Source: a bacterium
Lineage (GTDB): Bacteria; Patescibacteriota; Minisyncoccia; Phycocordibacterales; Phycocordibacteraceae
NCBI GenBank assembly: GCA_021778295.1
Contig: JAJYCP010000001.1
Span: 2,390 to 66,389 of the forward strand
Reading direction: 5' to 3'
DNA length: 64,000 nt
How positions within the stretch are numbered: the first letter of the stretch is position 1; every line of letters starts with the position of its first letter. The position numbers were made by a program, and so were the translations under genes. The notes under the pieces were generated by a model. That model was not told where the DNA came from and did not search any database. It was given only the letters and a program-made list of their open reading frames with translations. Shown here one piece after another: positions 39,238-48,441 of the stretch.

Positions 39238-40113
39238 TTACTTCCTCTTCGATGCGGAGGTAGTGCCCGTATCCTCGAGCAGTTCCCGGCACTCATGGAT
39301 CCTCGCCATCGTCGCGTGCGGGTGAGGGATTTTCCCCTCACTCACAAGCGTTTGAAGCAACGTCGTGACCAGATCCACGGCAGCATAATCGGTCATGAAT
39401 CCGACCGTATACTGCATCGGTTCGCGTTCTCCTTTGTCGAGACTGAATGAAGCAAACCGTGCGCCGGTACCACCACCAACGAATTCGTACGCACCGCCGC
39501 CATTCTCGACTGCAGTGAACTCCTTCGAGACCTTGGTTGTGGCAACCATATAGCCGCCGGCCGCGGTGCCGAAGGGAAACGTCGAGAGGGAGAAATCTCC
39601 CCGCCCGACCGCCTGATAGGTACGAGAATCGTACCCAACACCTGCGATATGGAACGACGCTGCTTTCCCGGGCAAAAAGTCGAGGGACGATATTGTTCCT
39701 TCCACCAGATATTCCGGGACAAACAGTTTCGCTCCTTTCAGGAGCCCCTTCTGGGCGTACCAGTCCACCAGCTGGTGATACGTATTGCTCATGTCCACGA
39801 GCTTGACGCCCGTGTCCGCGAGAGACGACTCCATCATCTTGGTGGCGACAATCGGCAAGAACGAGCCGTTGCCGTTTCCGACGACGCTCATACGACCGGT
39901 CACATCTCGGACATCCCCGACGCCGACATTGATAGCCGCCGTTTCGGGGATTTCCTTGACGCATGCTTTCGCGGCGTCATAGGGACCGGTCACGTTCCGT
40001 ATCGCGGGTCCTTGGACCAGCGGCACGCCTTCACGAAGATTTCCGGTGCTTGCGCACGCGCCAAGCGACAGCGTGGTAAGCACCACAAGCACGGTTAAGA
40101 GGGCCTTATGCAT
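39238..40113 (-). CDS. CsgG-family (curli secretion channel-like) lipoprotein
   Basis: Lipobox LSLGAC after MHKALLTVLVVLTT. Colinear matches to E. coli CsgG recalled from memory: VGVGDVRDVTG vs VSVYNIQDETG, LPIVATKMMESSL vs VPQSATAMLVTAL, YLVEGTISS vs IMVEGSIIG, GVGYDSRTYQ vs GIGADTQYQ, EPMQYTVGFM vs EPVMLCLMSA. Confidence 0.6.
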   Translation of the reverse strand: MHKALLTVLVVLTTLSLGACASTGNLREGVPLVQGPAIRNVTGPYDAAKACVKEIPETAAINVGVGDVRDVTGRMSVVGNGNGSFLPIVATKMMESSLADTGVKLVDMSNTYHQLVDWYAQKGLLKGAKLFVPEYLVEGTISSLDFLPGKAASFHIAGVGYDSRTYQAVGRGDFSLSTFPFGTAAGGYMVATTKVSKEFTAVENGGGAYEFVGGGTGARFASFSLDKGEREPMQYTVGFMTDYAAVDLVTTLLQTLVSEGKIPHPHATMARIHECRELLEDTGTTSASKRK

Positions 40114-40114
40114 G

Positions 40115-40561
40115 TCAGTGCCCCCCGCCGATCGTAACGGTGTTGATGGAGCCACCGGGCGTGACAAGCGACGCTGCCGTCGAGGTCTGGTTCGTGCCGG
40201 TCGTGGTAACGCCGGTCGTGACCACATTCCCGTTCCCGGTTACCGTTGTTGCGGTGTATCCGTTGACGGAAACCGTCGAACCGCCCGTCTGGCACCCTCC
40301 CGCGACGGTGCAATTCGTCGTGGTGTAGTTCGTACTACGATCGGTATACGTGATCATAGCCGAACTATAGGGACCGATGCGATGCCGCATGACATACCCC
40401 GTCAGTGCATTGTTGTATGCCGCGGTTGCATTGGTGATCGTTACGGAATCCCCCCACGACGACGACGCGCTTTGCGAAGCCGCAGACGCGGGAGGGGCGA
40501 GACATGTGGAAATGAGAATGCACAGCATCCCCAAAACCAGAACACGCACGTTGAGTTTCAT
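40115..40561 (-). CDS. Secreted 148-aa Thr/Gly/Asn/Ser-rich protein, hypothetical, translationally coupled to the CsgG-like gene
   Basis: Signal peptide MKLNVRVLVLGMLCILISTCLAPPASA. The mature part is T/G/N/S/V-rich with one Cys pair (CTVAGGC). Its stop TGA is 1 nt before the CsgG-like ATG. Confidence 0.65.
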   Translation of the reverse strand: MKLNVRVLVLGMLCILISTCLAPPASAASQSASSSWGDSVTITNATAAYNNALTGYVMRHRIGPYSSAMITYTDRSTNYTTTNCTVAGGCQTGGSTVSVNGYTATTVTGNGNVVTTGVTTTGTNQTSTAASLVTPGGSINTVTIGGGH

Positions 40562-40650
40562 GGTAGACCACCCTTTTGTTGAGGTTGTGTTGCTGAAAGG
40601 TACCGCAAACTTGCCACCCGCCGTAAACGGCGAGTGGCAAATCCGGACGG

Positions 40651-40680
40651 ATAGTAACACGGCATAGGGACGCGTGTCAA
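40651..40680 (-). promoter_or_regulatory. Sigma-70-type promoter TTGACA - 18 nt - TACTAT, followed by a 5' UTR hairpin (TTGCCACtCGCCG-ttta-CGGCGgGTGGCAA)
   Basis: On the minus strand: -35 at 40680-40675 and -10 at 40656-40651. The UTR hairpin lies at about 40610-40640. Confidence 0.55.
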
Positions 40681-40707
40681 TAAGTCGACATAGGCACGAT
40701 CCAATAC

Positions 40708-40739
40708 GAAAACACCCGCGCTTTCGCGCGGGTGTTTTC
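40708..40739. terminator. Terminator after the RRM gene (A-tract and T-tract on both sides, potentially bidirectional)
   Basis: GAAAACACCCGCGC-ttt-cGCGCGGGTGTTTTC. Confidence 0.8.
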
Positions 40740-40758
40740 GTATTCGGGCGATGGAAAA

Positions 40759-41139
40759 TCAATATCCGCCGCGACCGTAACCGCCATTGCCGCCGCCGTA
40801 TCCGCCGCGCTCCCCGCCGCCAAAACCGCCTTCGCGGCGCGGTGGGCGATCACCTTGCGGACGCGCGAAAGAGACCGAGAGCGTACGCCCGTCCATCTCC
40901 TTGCCGTCCCAACGGTCGATAGCCGCCTGCGCTTCCGCTTCGGAAGCCATCTCAACGAAGCCGAAGCCGCGCGAACGGCCGGTCATGCGATCGCTAATGA
41001 TGCTTGCGGAAACGACATTACCAGCCTCGCCAAAGGCCTTCTTCAGATCATCTTCCGTTGAGCGATAGGGGATGCCGCCTACGTAAAGCTTGTTCCCTTG
41101 TACTGACGCTCCTGACTGTGGATTATCCATGAAATACAA
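40759..41139 (-). CDS. RRM (RNP-1/RNP-2) RNA-binding protein with a Gly/Arg-rich tail
   Basis: KLYVGGIPY (RNP-2), RGFGFVEM (RNP-1) and the tail GGFGGGERGGYGGGNGGYGRGGY. Confidence 0.88.
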   Translation of the reverse strand: MYFMDNPQSGASVQGNKLYVGGIPYRSTEDDLKKAFGEAGNVVSASIISDRMTGRSRGFGFVEMASEAEAQAAIDRWDGKEMDGRTLSVSFARPQGDRPPRREGGFGGGERGGYGGGNGGYGRGGY

Positions 41140-41266
41140 CTAACCGAGTAATCTCGCCGAAACTGAACACTTTGCTTGCTCTTGCGGAGGGCGAAGCTCG
41201 AATACTCTGCGAGTGAAAAAAGTATGCCAGAAATGCTCGCAAAAAACAAGTGAGACGGGGGATAAC

Positions 41267-41359
41267 CTAGCGCGTACCCGCAAGAAATGCGGGGAAAAAG
41301 AGTCCTATCATGCCAAGCGCCAAAAGCGCGACGATGATGATGGCGAATGCACGTTTCAT
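41267..41359 (-). CDS. Possible 30-aa single-TM micropeptide (MKRAFAIIIVALLALGMIGLFFPAFLAGTR)
   Basis: Its ATG overlaps the TGA of the upstream gene (ATGA coupling). It was read by hand and is not in the ORF track. Confidence 0.3.
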   Translation of the reverse strand: MKRAFAIIIVALLALGMIGLFFPAFLAGTR

Positions 41360-41772
41360 CCCCCTATCGTAGCAGGAGCGGTTGTACGCCGCAATTGGAT
41401 CGAATGTGCCGAGAGAGATCCGTCGCTGTTGGTCGTGCCGGTCACTATGACCGTCGAGCCGACAGTGACGTCGGTCAGCGAGCCTGCAACGCTCTTAAAC
41501 ACGCTCGTGGCGGGCGTGAAAAGGACGACATGGGAATTGCCGTCGCGCGTGTCGACCGTGATGCTCTCGCTGTCTTTCCTTGCAACGATACCCGTAAGGA
41601 ATCCGCCACCCGCACTCTGATTTCTGCCTCGTCGATCTCGTATGCCGCTACCGCCTACCGTTCCGTTTGAATGTGTCGGCGCGAGTATATGAGCGCCGGC
41701 GTACCCGCCGCCAAGTCCGAGAATAAGCGCGCCAACGGCCGTCAAGACGATATGTTTTTTCATGAAGTTCAT
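41356..41772 (-). CDS. N-anchored secreted small protein (OB/DUF5666-like, inferred)
   Basis: TM HIVLTAVGALILGLGGGYAG. C-terminal ITVDTRDGNSHVVLFTPATSVFKSVAGSLTDVTVGSTVIVTGTTNSDGSLSAHSIQL. Confidence 0.6.
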   Translation of the reverse strand: MNFMKKHIVLTAVGALILGLGGGYAGAHILAPTHSNGTVGGSGIRDRRGRNQSAGGGFLTGIVARKDSESITVDTRDGNSHVVLFTPATSVFKSVAGSLTDVTVGSTVIVTGTTNSDGSLSAHSIQLRRTTAPATIGG

Positions 41773-41816
41773 GAAGATTGTGTTATCAGCTTTTCATACG
41801 CATCAATCCGATGGAA

Positions 41817-43052
41817 TCATTCATAGCGAAGCGCGTCGATCGGATTGAGGTTTGCAGCCCGCTGCGCCGGATACCAGCCGAAAATGATGCCGATTGCCGC
41901 CGAGACGCCGAAAGCGAGCAGGATAGAAGAGAACGTCACCTGGGCGGTTATGAGACCGGAGAGCGTTACCGCGAAAGATGCTCCCCAGCCGAGCAATACG
42001 CCGATGCCGCCACCGAGGAACGTGAGAGCGATCGCTTCGGCGAGGAATTGCACATTGATATCCTGCCGGGTCGCGCCAATAGCTTTTCGGAGGCCTATCT
42101 CGCGCATACGTTCGGTGACGCTCGTGAGCATCATGTTCATAATGCCGATACCGCCAACGACAAGCGAGATACCGGCAACAGCCGCAAGAAGGATGGTGAA
42201 AGTCGAGGTGATATTCGATGCCGCGGAAACGATTGCCTCCTGATTCAGGATGCTGAAATCGGCTTGGGTCGGATCGCTGATGTTATGGCGGACGAGGAGC
42301 AGGGAGGTCACGTCATTTTGAATCTGTGTCATTACCGTTTGGCTTGCCGCCTGTATATCGATGGCCGAGAGATAGTGGTTGCCGTTGCCGGCAAAGTATT
42401 GGAGCGCGGTGCCGAGCGGTACGTACACCATGTCGTCCTGATTGCTCGGACCGGAACCTCCTTTCGTTTTCGTGACACCGACAACCGTGAAGAGAAGATT
42501 GTTGATACGGATGTTCTGCCCCAACGCATCGTTCGCGGTAGCGTTTGTGCCGAAAAGATCGGTCACCACCGTGGGGCCCACAACGGCAACGCGCATGAGC
42601 CCCGCCGACTGGCTGTCGGTTATGAACGAACCTTGATCCATAGTGAGGTTGCGGATCAATTCATAGCTCGCATTCACCCCGTCTACCGTAGTGTTCGTAT
42701 TCGCGAGCGCGGCGGCGATTTGATAGCGTCCGGAATATTCCCCGGAAACGGCGGCGACATTTGCGACGTGAGAAATAGCATTCTCATCCGCAAGGGTGAG
42801 CGACCGTGCCGTGCCGCGTCCGCCGGAAGCGCCGAAACCGATTTCGCGCGCCGCGCCCGGCAGTACGACAAGAAGATTCGATCCGATGGATTCGATGGAT
42901 GCCTGAACGGAATTCTGAGCCCCCTGGCCGATAGCGACAAGCGCGATGACGGATGCGATACCGATGACGATACCGAGCACGGTAAGTACGGAACGTACTT
43001 TGTTCGCCGAGAGCGCGGTGACGGTCTCTCCTATGAGGTCGCGCGTGGTCAT
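41817..43052 (-). CDS. MacB-type ABC transporter permease (MacB periplasmic domain + FtsX)
   Basis: N-terminal TM, a large extracytoplasmic domain and a C-terminal FtsX-like 3-TM bundle (REIGLRKAIGATRQDI). Confidence 0.85.
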   Translation of the reverse strand: MTTRDLIGETVTALSANKVRSVLTVLGIVIGIASVIALVAIGQGAQNSVQASIESIGSNLLVVLPGAAREIGFGASGGRGTARSLTLADENAISHVANVAAVSGEYSGRYQIAAALANTNTTVDGVNASYELIRNLTMDQGSFITDSQSAGLMRVAVVGPTVVTDLFGTNATANDALGQNIRINNLLFTVVGVTKTKGGSGPSNQDDMVYVPLGTALQYFAGNGNHYLSAIDIQAASQTVMTQIQNDVTSLLLVRHNISDPTQADFSILNQEAIVSAASNITSTFTILLAAVAGISLVVGGIGIMNMMLTSVTERMREIGLRKAIGATRQDINVQFLAEAIALTFLGGGIGVLLGWGASFAVTLSGLITAQVTFSSILLAFGVSAAIGIIFGWYPAQRAANLNPIDALRYE

Positions 43053-43771
43053 GCGTAGAGTGCGGCTTCCCGTGCCGCGTCACGCGGGGAGGCGTTTTTT
43101 TCATCGGAGATGATGGTGCCGTCCTTGAGCCGGATGATGCGCGCGGCATGCTCGGCGATATCCGGTTCATGCGTGATGAGGATAATCGTACGGCCGTATT
43201 CACGATTGAGCTGTTGTAATGTACCGAGCACGATCAGGCTTGTCTTGCTGTCAAGATTTCCGGTCGGTTCGTCCGCGAGAATGAGAGCCGGATCGTTCAC
43301 GAGCGCGCGGGCAATCGCGACACGCTGTATTTGGCCGCCCGAAATCTGATTCGAGAGATGCCCAAAGTACTCTTCGGTAAGTCCTGCGGATAGGAGCGCT
43401 TGCGCCGCCCGATCGGCGCGCTCGTGCACCGGCACGCGCGCGTACACGAGCGGAAGCATGACGTTCCGAAGTACGGTCGTGCGGGGCAGCAGATTGAAAG
43501 CCTGGAAAACGAATCCGATATTATCTCCGCGGATTTGAGCGAGTTCATTATCAGTCATTGCAGAAACATCTTTCCCGTTGAGGTGATACGTGCCGGTGGT
43601 CGGCGTGTCCAGACAGCCGAGAATATGCATAAGCGTTGATTTTCCGGAACCCGACGGACCCATGATGGCGACAAACTCTCCCTCCTTGATGGAAAAAGAA
43701 ATGGCGTGGAGCGCCGTATAAATCTCAGCGCCCAAACCGTATGTTTTCGTGATGTTCTCAAGCTCGATCAT
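43049..43771 (-). CDS. ABC transporter ATP-binding protein (MacB/LolD class)
   Basis: [36 protein letters not shown]. Confidence 0.92.
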   Translation of the reverse strand: MIELENITKTYGLGAEIYTALHAISFSIKEGEFVAIMGPSGSGKSTLMHILGCLDTPTTGTYHLNGKDVSAMTDNELAQIRGDNIGFVFQAFNLLPRTTVLRNVMLPLVYARVPVHERADRAAQALLSAGLTEEYFGHLSNQISGGQIQRVAIARALVNDPALILADEPTGNLDSKTSLIVLGTLQQLNREYGRTIILITHEPDIAEHAARIIRLKDGTIISDEKNASPRDAAREAALYA

Positions 43772-43779
43772 CGGGAAAG

Positions 43780-45570
43780 TTAGTGCCGGAGCGCGCGAAT
43801 TGCGCCGACACCCGGGCGTCCGGCGCCAAAGAACGACGTACTCTGTGCGGCGCCCGTAGGCGCTACGGCGCCCGTGCCGGCGAGAGTTTCCACAACTACT
43901 TGGGTTCCCACCGCCAGACCCTTTTGAATGATGCTATGCGCAGTGTCGGAAAGACCGACGGTGACCGGTACATCTGTCGGGGCAACAGGGGAAGGTGCGC
44001 CCGCCGCATTTTCGCTTCCCGGCAGCGGAGGATTGAATACTTCTACATAACTCGTTCCACCGGTGCTCTGCACCGCGGCGACCGGCACGACAAGGCCGGT
44101 TGTAACGTCCGTCACGATATTGACCGTTGCGCTCATGCCGGGGAGCACTCTCGGATTCGGCGTGTCAAAGGTCACTGTGGCATTGTACGAGACGACGCCT
44201 TGCGAAACCGTGCCGATGGTGTTGAGGGAAGAAACCGTACCGCCGATGGAAACATTCGGCAGCGCATCAAACGTGATTGTCGCTTTTTGCCCAACTTTCA
44301 ATTTTGCCGCATCCACTTCATTGACCGAAATAATAACGTTCTGATTATCACTCACCATTGTTGCCACCGTTTCGTTATTAGTAATGTTCTGATACTGCTG
44401 GATAGTAAGCGCTGCGACCGTGCCGGCGAAAGGTGCGCGTACAACGGTGTTCGCGAGCGCAAGTTCAGCCTGCGCAAGAGCATCCTGCTTCTCTTGTATC
44501 GCGAGCTGGTCCGCCTGGATATCAAGCGGATTTGCACCTGCTTGAAGCTGCGCGAGCGATGCTTGCGCGCTTGTGAGCGCGAGCCCGTCACTCGTTACAT
44601 TCGTCGTGTCAGCGGAAAGTGCCGCCACGTTCGCATTTGTCGTATTCGTGTACGCGGTGAGAGAGGCTATTTGGTTGGTAAGGATCGGCGGGATGGAGAA
44701 TGCGTGATCGGTAAGCGTCGTGTCTACAAAATTCAGGAAGTTTGTTGACGCTTTTAATGCATCGGAGAGATCGGCGGCAGCCTGGTACGTTTGCTGCACC
44801 AGGGAGGCGATCTGCACGGCGCTTGCGGAGCGCGGTGTTGCTTCAAAGGCGGCGAGCGCGGCAGTATAAGAATTTTGCGCCGTAATGAATGAACTTTCTG
44901 CTGCGGTGCTGTACTGCACAACTGTCGCATCGTAGGGCTGAACAATATCGTTGTACGCATTTTCATTTTGTTGGCTCGTCCGGCCGGGGACCAAGTATCC
45001 GTGCAGAATGGTATCGAGCCCGTTGAGCACGCCCGGGAGGTCGAGAAAAGCGCTCGAGACATCGTTGTAGCCTGCGGTACGCGCCGCAGTGAGATTCGCC
45101 TGCGTATTCGCGACGGAATTTTGTGCGCTCGTAAGCGTTGATGTAGCAACGGGTTCCGTAAGTTGTGCGAGTGCTATGCGCGCACCTTGGAGCGCCTGTT
45201 CGGCGCTTGTTACGTTCTCCTGCGCGGTCACCGGGTCAATGTAGGCAAGCGCCGTACCCGCAACGACGTGCTGGCCGGCCGTTACCGGCACTGAAAGCAC
45301 CTCGCCGGAGGATTGCGACTGGACATTCACATTCGTACTCGCGGAAACCTGCCCGGTCTCAGCCATAGCCGCAACGACCGTGCCCGTGGCGACCGTTGTC
45401 GTAATGTAGCGGGTTGCGGCAGAAGGAGCAGTAAAGACGGCATAAAAATGGTATAGACCGAAGAGAACTACAAGCGCAGCCACAGCACTCCATATCTTAT
45501 GAAGGGCGACCTGCGCCCGAATCTTGCGCCAGGCGGCGTAAGGAACATGCATGGCGCGCGATGAGTCCAT
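43780..45570 (-). CDS. HlyD/MacA-type periplasmic adaptor with an unusually long coiled-coil hairpin
   Basis: N-terminal TM, lipoyl/barrel segments (VRAPFAGTVAAL), and about 250 aa of Ala/Thr/Gln-rich helical insert. Confidence 0.8.
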   Translation of the reverse strand: MDSSRAMHVPYAAWRKIRAQVALHKIWSAVAALVVLFGLYHFYAVFTAPSAATRYITTTVATGTVVAAMAETGQVSASTNVNVQSQSSGEVLSVPVTAGQHVVAGTALAYIDPVTAQENVTSAEQALQGARIALAQLTEPVATSTLTSAQNSVANTQANLTAARTAGYNDVSSAFLDLPGVLNGLDTILHGYLVPGRTSQQNENAYNDIVQPYDATVVQYSTAAESSFITAQNSYTAALAAFEATPRSASAVQIASLVQQTYQAAADLSDALKASTNFLNFVDTTLTDHAFSIPPILTNQIASLTAYTNTTNANVAALSADTTNVTSDGLALTSAQASLAQLQAGANPLDIQADQLAIQEKQDALAQAELALANTVVRAPFAGTVAALTIQQYQNITNNETVATMVSDNQNVIISVNEVDAAKLKVGQKATITFDALPNVSIGGTVSSLNTIGTVSQGVVSYNATVTFDTPNPRVLPGMSATVNIVTDVTTGLVVPVAAVQSTGGTSYVEVFNPPLPGSENAAGAPSPVAPTDVPVTVGLSDTAHSIIQKGLAVGTQVVVETLAGTGAVAPTGAAQSTSFFGAGRPGVGAIRALRH

Positions 45571-45646
45571 TTTTCGGATAGGTTACGTAAGGGTAAGAGG
45601 ATGTCTCAATCCCTAGTACGCGCCTCGGAGCGTGTTTATTCCGGCA

Positions 45647-46720
45647 TTAGAGCACCGGTTCGCGGCCTTCGCGCTTGAAAAGCCAGCCCTCAAGACTGTA
45701 CGTATCATAGCCATAGAAGATGAACGCGATGGGAATACCGATGAGAATGATATGCGGCCATACCGCTTCGCCGAAATACCATAACGAGAGCGAGAGCCAA
45801 AACAGAAGGAACAGGGACGTAAAACGTATCTCGATGCCAAGGATGAAAAAGACGGCAATGAGTATCTCCACGATGGCGGCGCCAAGAACGAGGAAGTGCG
45901 GTCCAAAACCGAAGACCTGCGCGAGACTTTGCGTATGCCCCGCAAGCGGAAGGCTCGCTACCATGAGCGCAAGATTATTGTGGAGGATTTTTGCATAAAA
46001 AGAAGCATAGAGAAGCGAAATGCCGAACGCGACCCGAAGAATAAGAAATGCGTACGGTGCAAATTTTTTCTTGGTGCGCGCGAGCCGCACACTCAGATGG
46101 ACGGTGTCATATTTTTCCGAATGGAAAGCGAGCGCATGAGCGCCGAGAATGAGCAGTAGGAGGAGCTCGCCGAGATAGTTTGCGTAGGTCAGCATGTAGA
46201 TGCCGTGCGCCCAGACCTCAATGCCGAAAAGAACAAATGCCGCAAGCGCCGCGATGCGCGTGTAGAAGCCGACAACGATCATGAGACCGATGAGAATGAG
46301 CGCGCCGGTCACGATATTCGCATAAGCGCCGAACGTCCCTACGAGAGGAAGTTCCGGCCCGAAAAGCGCTTGGTGATAGCTGGCGGCGAGGAATGCGATG
46401 CCAATGGTGATGCGGCTTATCACCGGCGCGTAGGGGGGCAGTTTTGCGAGGAACGGATCAAACCGGCGTTCAAGCACCCGTGAAATGGATACGAAGAAAA
46501 CAACGAAAATAATCAGCGCGGCGATAAATCCCCAGAATACGAACTGACCGAGATTGGCGAGAACCGTGTGCCACTCTGAGAACGACGGCAGTGCGAGCGC
46601 GTGCCGGACCTCGCTTCGCGAGAGCACGTATACCTCGTGTGCAGAGGCAAGTGCAGGAAGAGCGAATGCTGTCAGCAGGACAAGTCCGCGCAGAAAATGT
46701 GAGCGCATACGCGTAGCCAC
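45647..46720 (-). CDS. Polytopic membrane protein (DoxX-like duplication, inferred)
   Basis: Signal-like N-terminus plus about 8 TM helices. No catalytic motif recognised. Confidence 0.55.
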   Translation of the reverse strand: MATRMRSHFLRGLVLLTAFALPALASAHEVYVLSRSEVRHALALPSFSEWHTVLANLGQFVFWGFIAALIIFVVFFVSISRVLERRFDPFLAKLPPYAPVISRITIGIAFLAASYHQALFGPELPLVGTFGAYANIVTGALILIGLMIVVGFYTRIAALAAFVLFGIEVWAHGIYMLTYANYLGELLLLLILGAHALAFHSEKYDTVHLSVRLARTKKKFAPYAFLILRVAFGISLLYASFYAKILHNNLALMVASLPLAGHTQSLAQVFGFGPHFLVLGAAIVEILIAVFFILGIEIRFTSLFLLFWLSLSLWYFGEAVWPHIILIGIPIAFIFYGYDTYSLEGWLFKREGREPVL

Positions 46721-48384
46721 TATACCACCGCCTTGATCATGTCCCTCTCAATATCGGCGAAACTGCCGCCGACCTTTTTGCCGGGATTGAAGATATTGTG
46801 CGGATCAAAGATCTCTTTCGTTTGCGCAAAGAGCGCGACCATTTCCGCGCCGAAGAGCATCGGGAGGTACGGTGTGCGGATGATGCCATCATTGTGCTCG
46901 CCGGTTGTCGTACCTCCCTCGCGTATCACGAGCTCGTACACTTTCGGCGCGAGTTCGAGAACGACACGGCGGTTCTCTTCTTTGGAAAGATCCATGAGCG
47001 GGATGATGTGGAAATTGCCATTGCCGATATGGCCGGCGATGGTGTAGATGAAATGCGACTTATACTCGTCGAGAAGCAGGTTCAGTTTCGGCAAAAACTC
47101 GGGATAGCTTGCGGGAGGAACGACGAAATCGTCGATGAAAGGAGAAGCATAGAGGCCGTGAAGATTCTTCCGCAGGAGCGAGAAGCTTTCACGGCGGATG
47201 ATCCAATACTTCTCCGACTCCTTCTCATTTTTCTCTATTTTTGTCTGTACGTGAAGACCGGCAAGCGCGTTTTTTGCCGCAAGCGCTTTTCTATCGGCTT
47301 CCGCCGTCGTGTCTTCGGCGAACTCCGCCATGAGGACCATCTTCGGTACGCCGCCGGTCGCAACCATCGCAGCTTCGGAGAGGAAGTCGACGCCGAGCCG
47401 AGCAGCCTTCGCCAGACCCATCTGCATGAGCATCTCGGGAAGGAACTTCACCGCGAGCTCAAATGTGTGATCGTCATAGGACTCAAACGATTCCGGATTT
47501 TCGGGGAGTACGCGTTTTACTATCTCGGGGAGGATGGCGAGGTCGTATAGAAAGATAACGAGCATCGCGCGGTGCTCTTTTGGTTTTACAAGCGTGAGCT
47601 TTGCTTTGCTCCAGAGCGCGAGCGTTCCCTGGGAGCCGCAGATAAGCTTCGCGAGGTTGAAAGAACCGGTCTCTTTGTCGCGCACGCTCCAGAGCGCATA
47701 CCCCGCCGAGTTTTTTGAGACTTTCGGCCGGTGCTCCTCGATGAGCGCGGCATTCTCGGTCAGAAGTGCATCCATCGAGCGGTAAATGGCGCCCTCGAGC
47801 GTTTTCAATTCCTTTTTCTTTGCAAGTTCCGGCGGCGTAAGCGCTTTGAAGAGACACTGAGAACCGTCAGAAAGAACGACATCGAGTTCTTCGACGTATT
47901 TTTCCGTTTTGCCGTATTCGAGCGTGCGCTCGCCGCCGGAATTATTTGCGACGATGCCGCCCAACGCGGCCAGTTCGCGGCTCGCGGGGTAGGAAGGGAG
48001 GATGAGGCCTTTCTCAAGCGTCATTTTTTCGAAATCACGGTAGTAGACGCCGGGTTCGACGATGGCGTAGTCGGCGCCTACCTCAAGTACGCGGTTCATA
48101 TGTTCGGTGAAAGAGACGACGACGCCGGTGGTCAGGGGGCCGCCCGACATATCAGTCCCCGCCGAGCGCGCCGCGAGCGCGACGGGCGCGCCGCCGTCTG
48201 TGGCGGCGCGCACTTCTTTCACGATCGCGCTCACATCCGCCGCGTCTTCCGGGCACACGACGAGTTCCGGCATTCGCATGAACAGGGAAGTATCACGGCT
48301 CATTTTTGTCAGCGTTGCGGTATCGTCTTTTACTTCGCCTCGTATCGCGCGCTTGAGATTAGTTTTCAAATCTCCAACATCCAT
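46720..48384 (-). CDS. FAD-linked oxidase / GlcD-type dehydrogenase
   Basis: FAD_binding_4-like N-terminal half (ARSAGTDMSGGPL, GGIVANNSGGERT) and a C-terminal FAD-oxidase_C-like half (GTTTGEHNDG). Confidence 0.8.
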   Translation of the reverse strand: MDVGDLKTNLKRAIRGEVKDDTATLTKMSRDTSLFMRMPELVVCPEDAADVSAIVKEVRAATDGGAPVALAARSAGTDMSGGPLTTGVVVSFTEHMNRVLEVGADYAIVEPGVYYRDFEKMTLEKGLILPSYPASRELAALGGIVANNSGGERTLEYGKTEKYVEELDVVLSDGSQCLFKALTPPELAKKKELKTLEGAIYRSMDALLTENAALIEEHRPKVSKNSAGYALWSVRDKETGSFNLAKLICGSQGTLALWSKAKLTLVKPKEHRAMLVIFLYDLAILPEIVKRVLPENPESFESYDDHTFELAVKFLPEMLMQMGLAKAARLGVDFLSEAAMVATGGVPKMVLMAEFAEDTTAEADRKALAAKNALAGLHVQTKIEKNEKESEKYWIIRRESFSLLRKNLHGLYASPFIDDFVVPPASYPEFLPKLNLLLDEYKSHFIYTIAGHIGNGNFHIIPLMDLSKEENRRVVLELAPKVYELVIREGGTTTGEHNDGIIRTPYLPMLFGAEMVALFAQTKEIFDPHNIFNPGKKVGGSFADIERDMIKAVV

Positions 48385-48441
48385 TGGGTACAGTATACCT
48401 GTAGTGCGCGCGTTAGTACTAGTGAATGATATGCTTACCGT

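Noticed and set aside
48392-48406. LexA/SOS-box reading of TACAGTATACCTGTA in the divergent spacer at 48.4 kb.
   Set aside because: The arms are ACAG...CTGT, the inverse of the CTGT-N8-ACAG box. The sequence is better explained as the TATACT -10 of the leaderless FAD-oxidase promoter.
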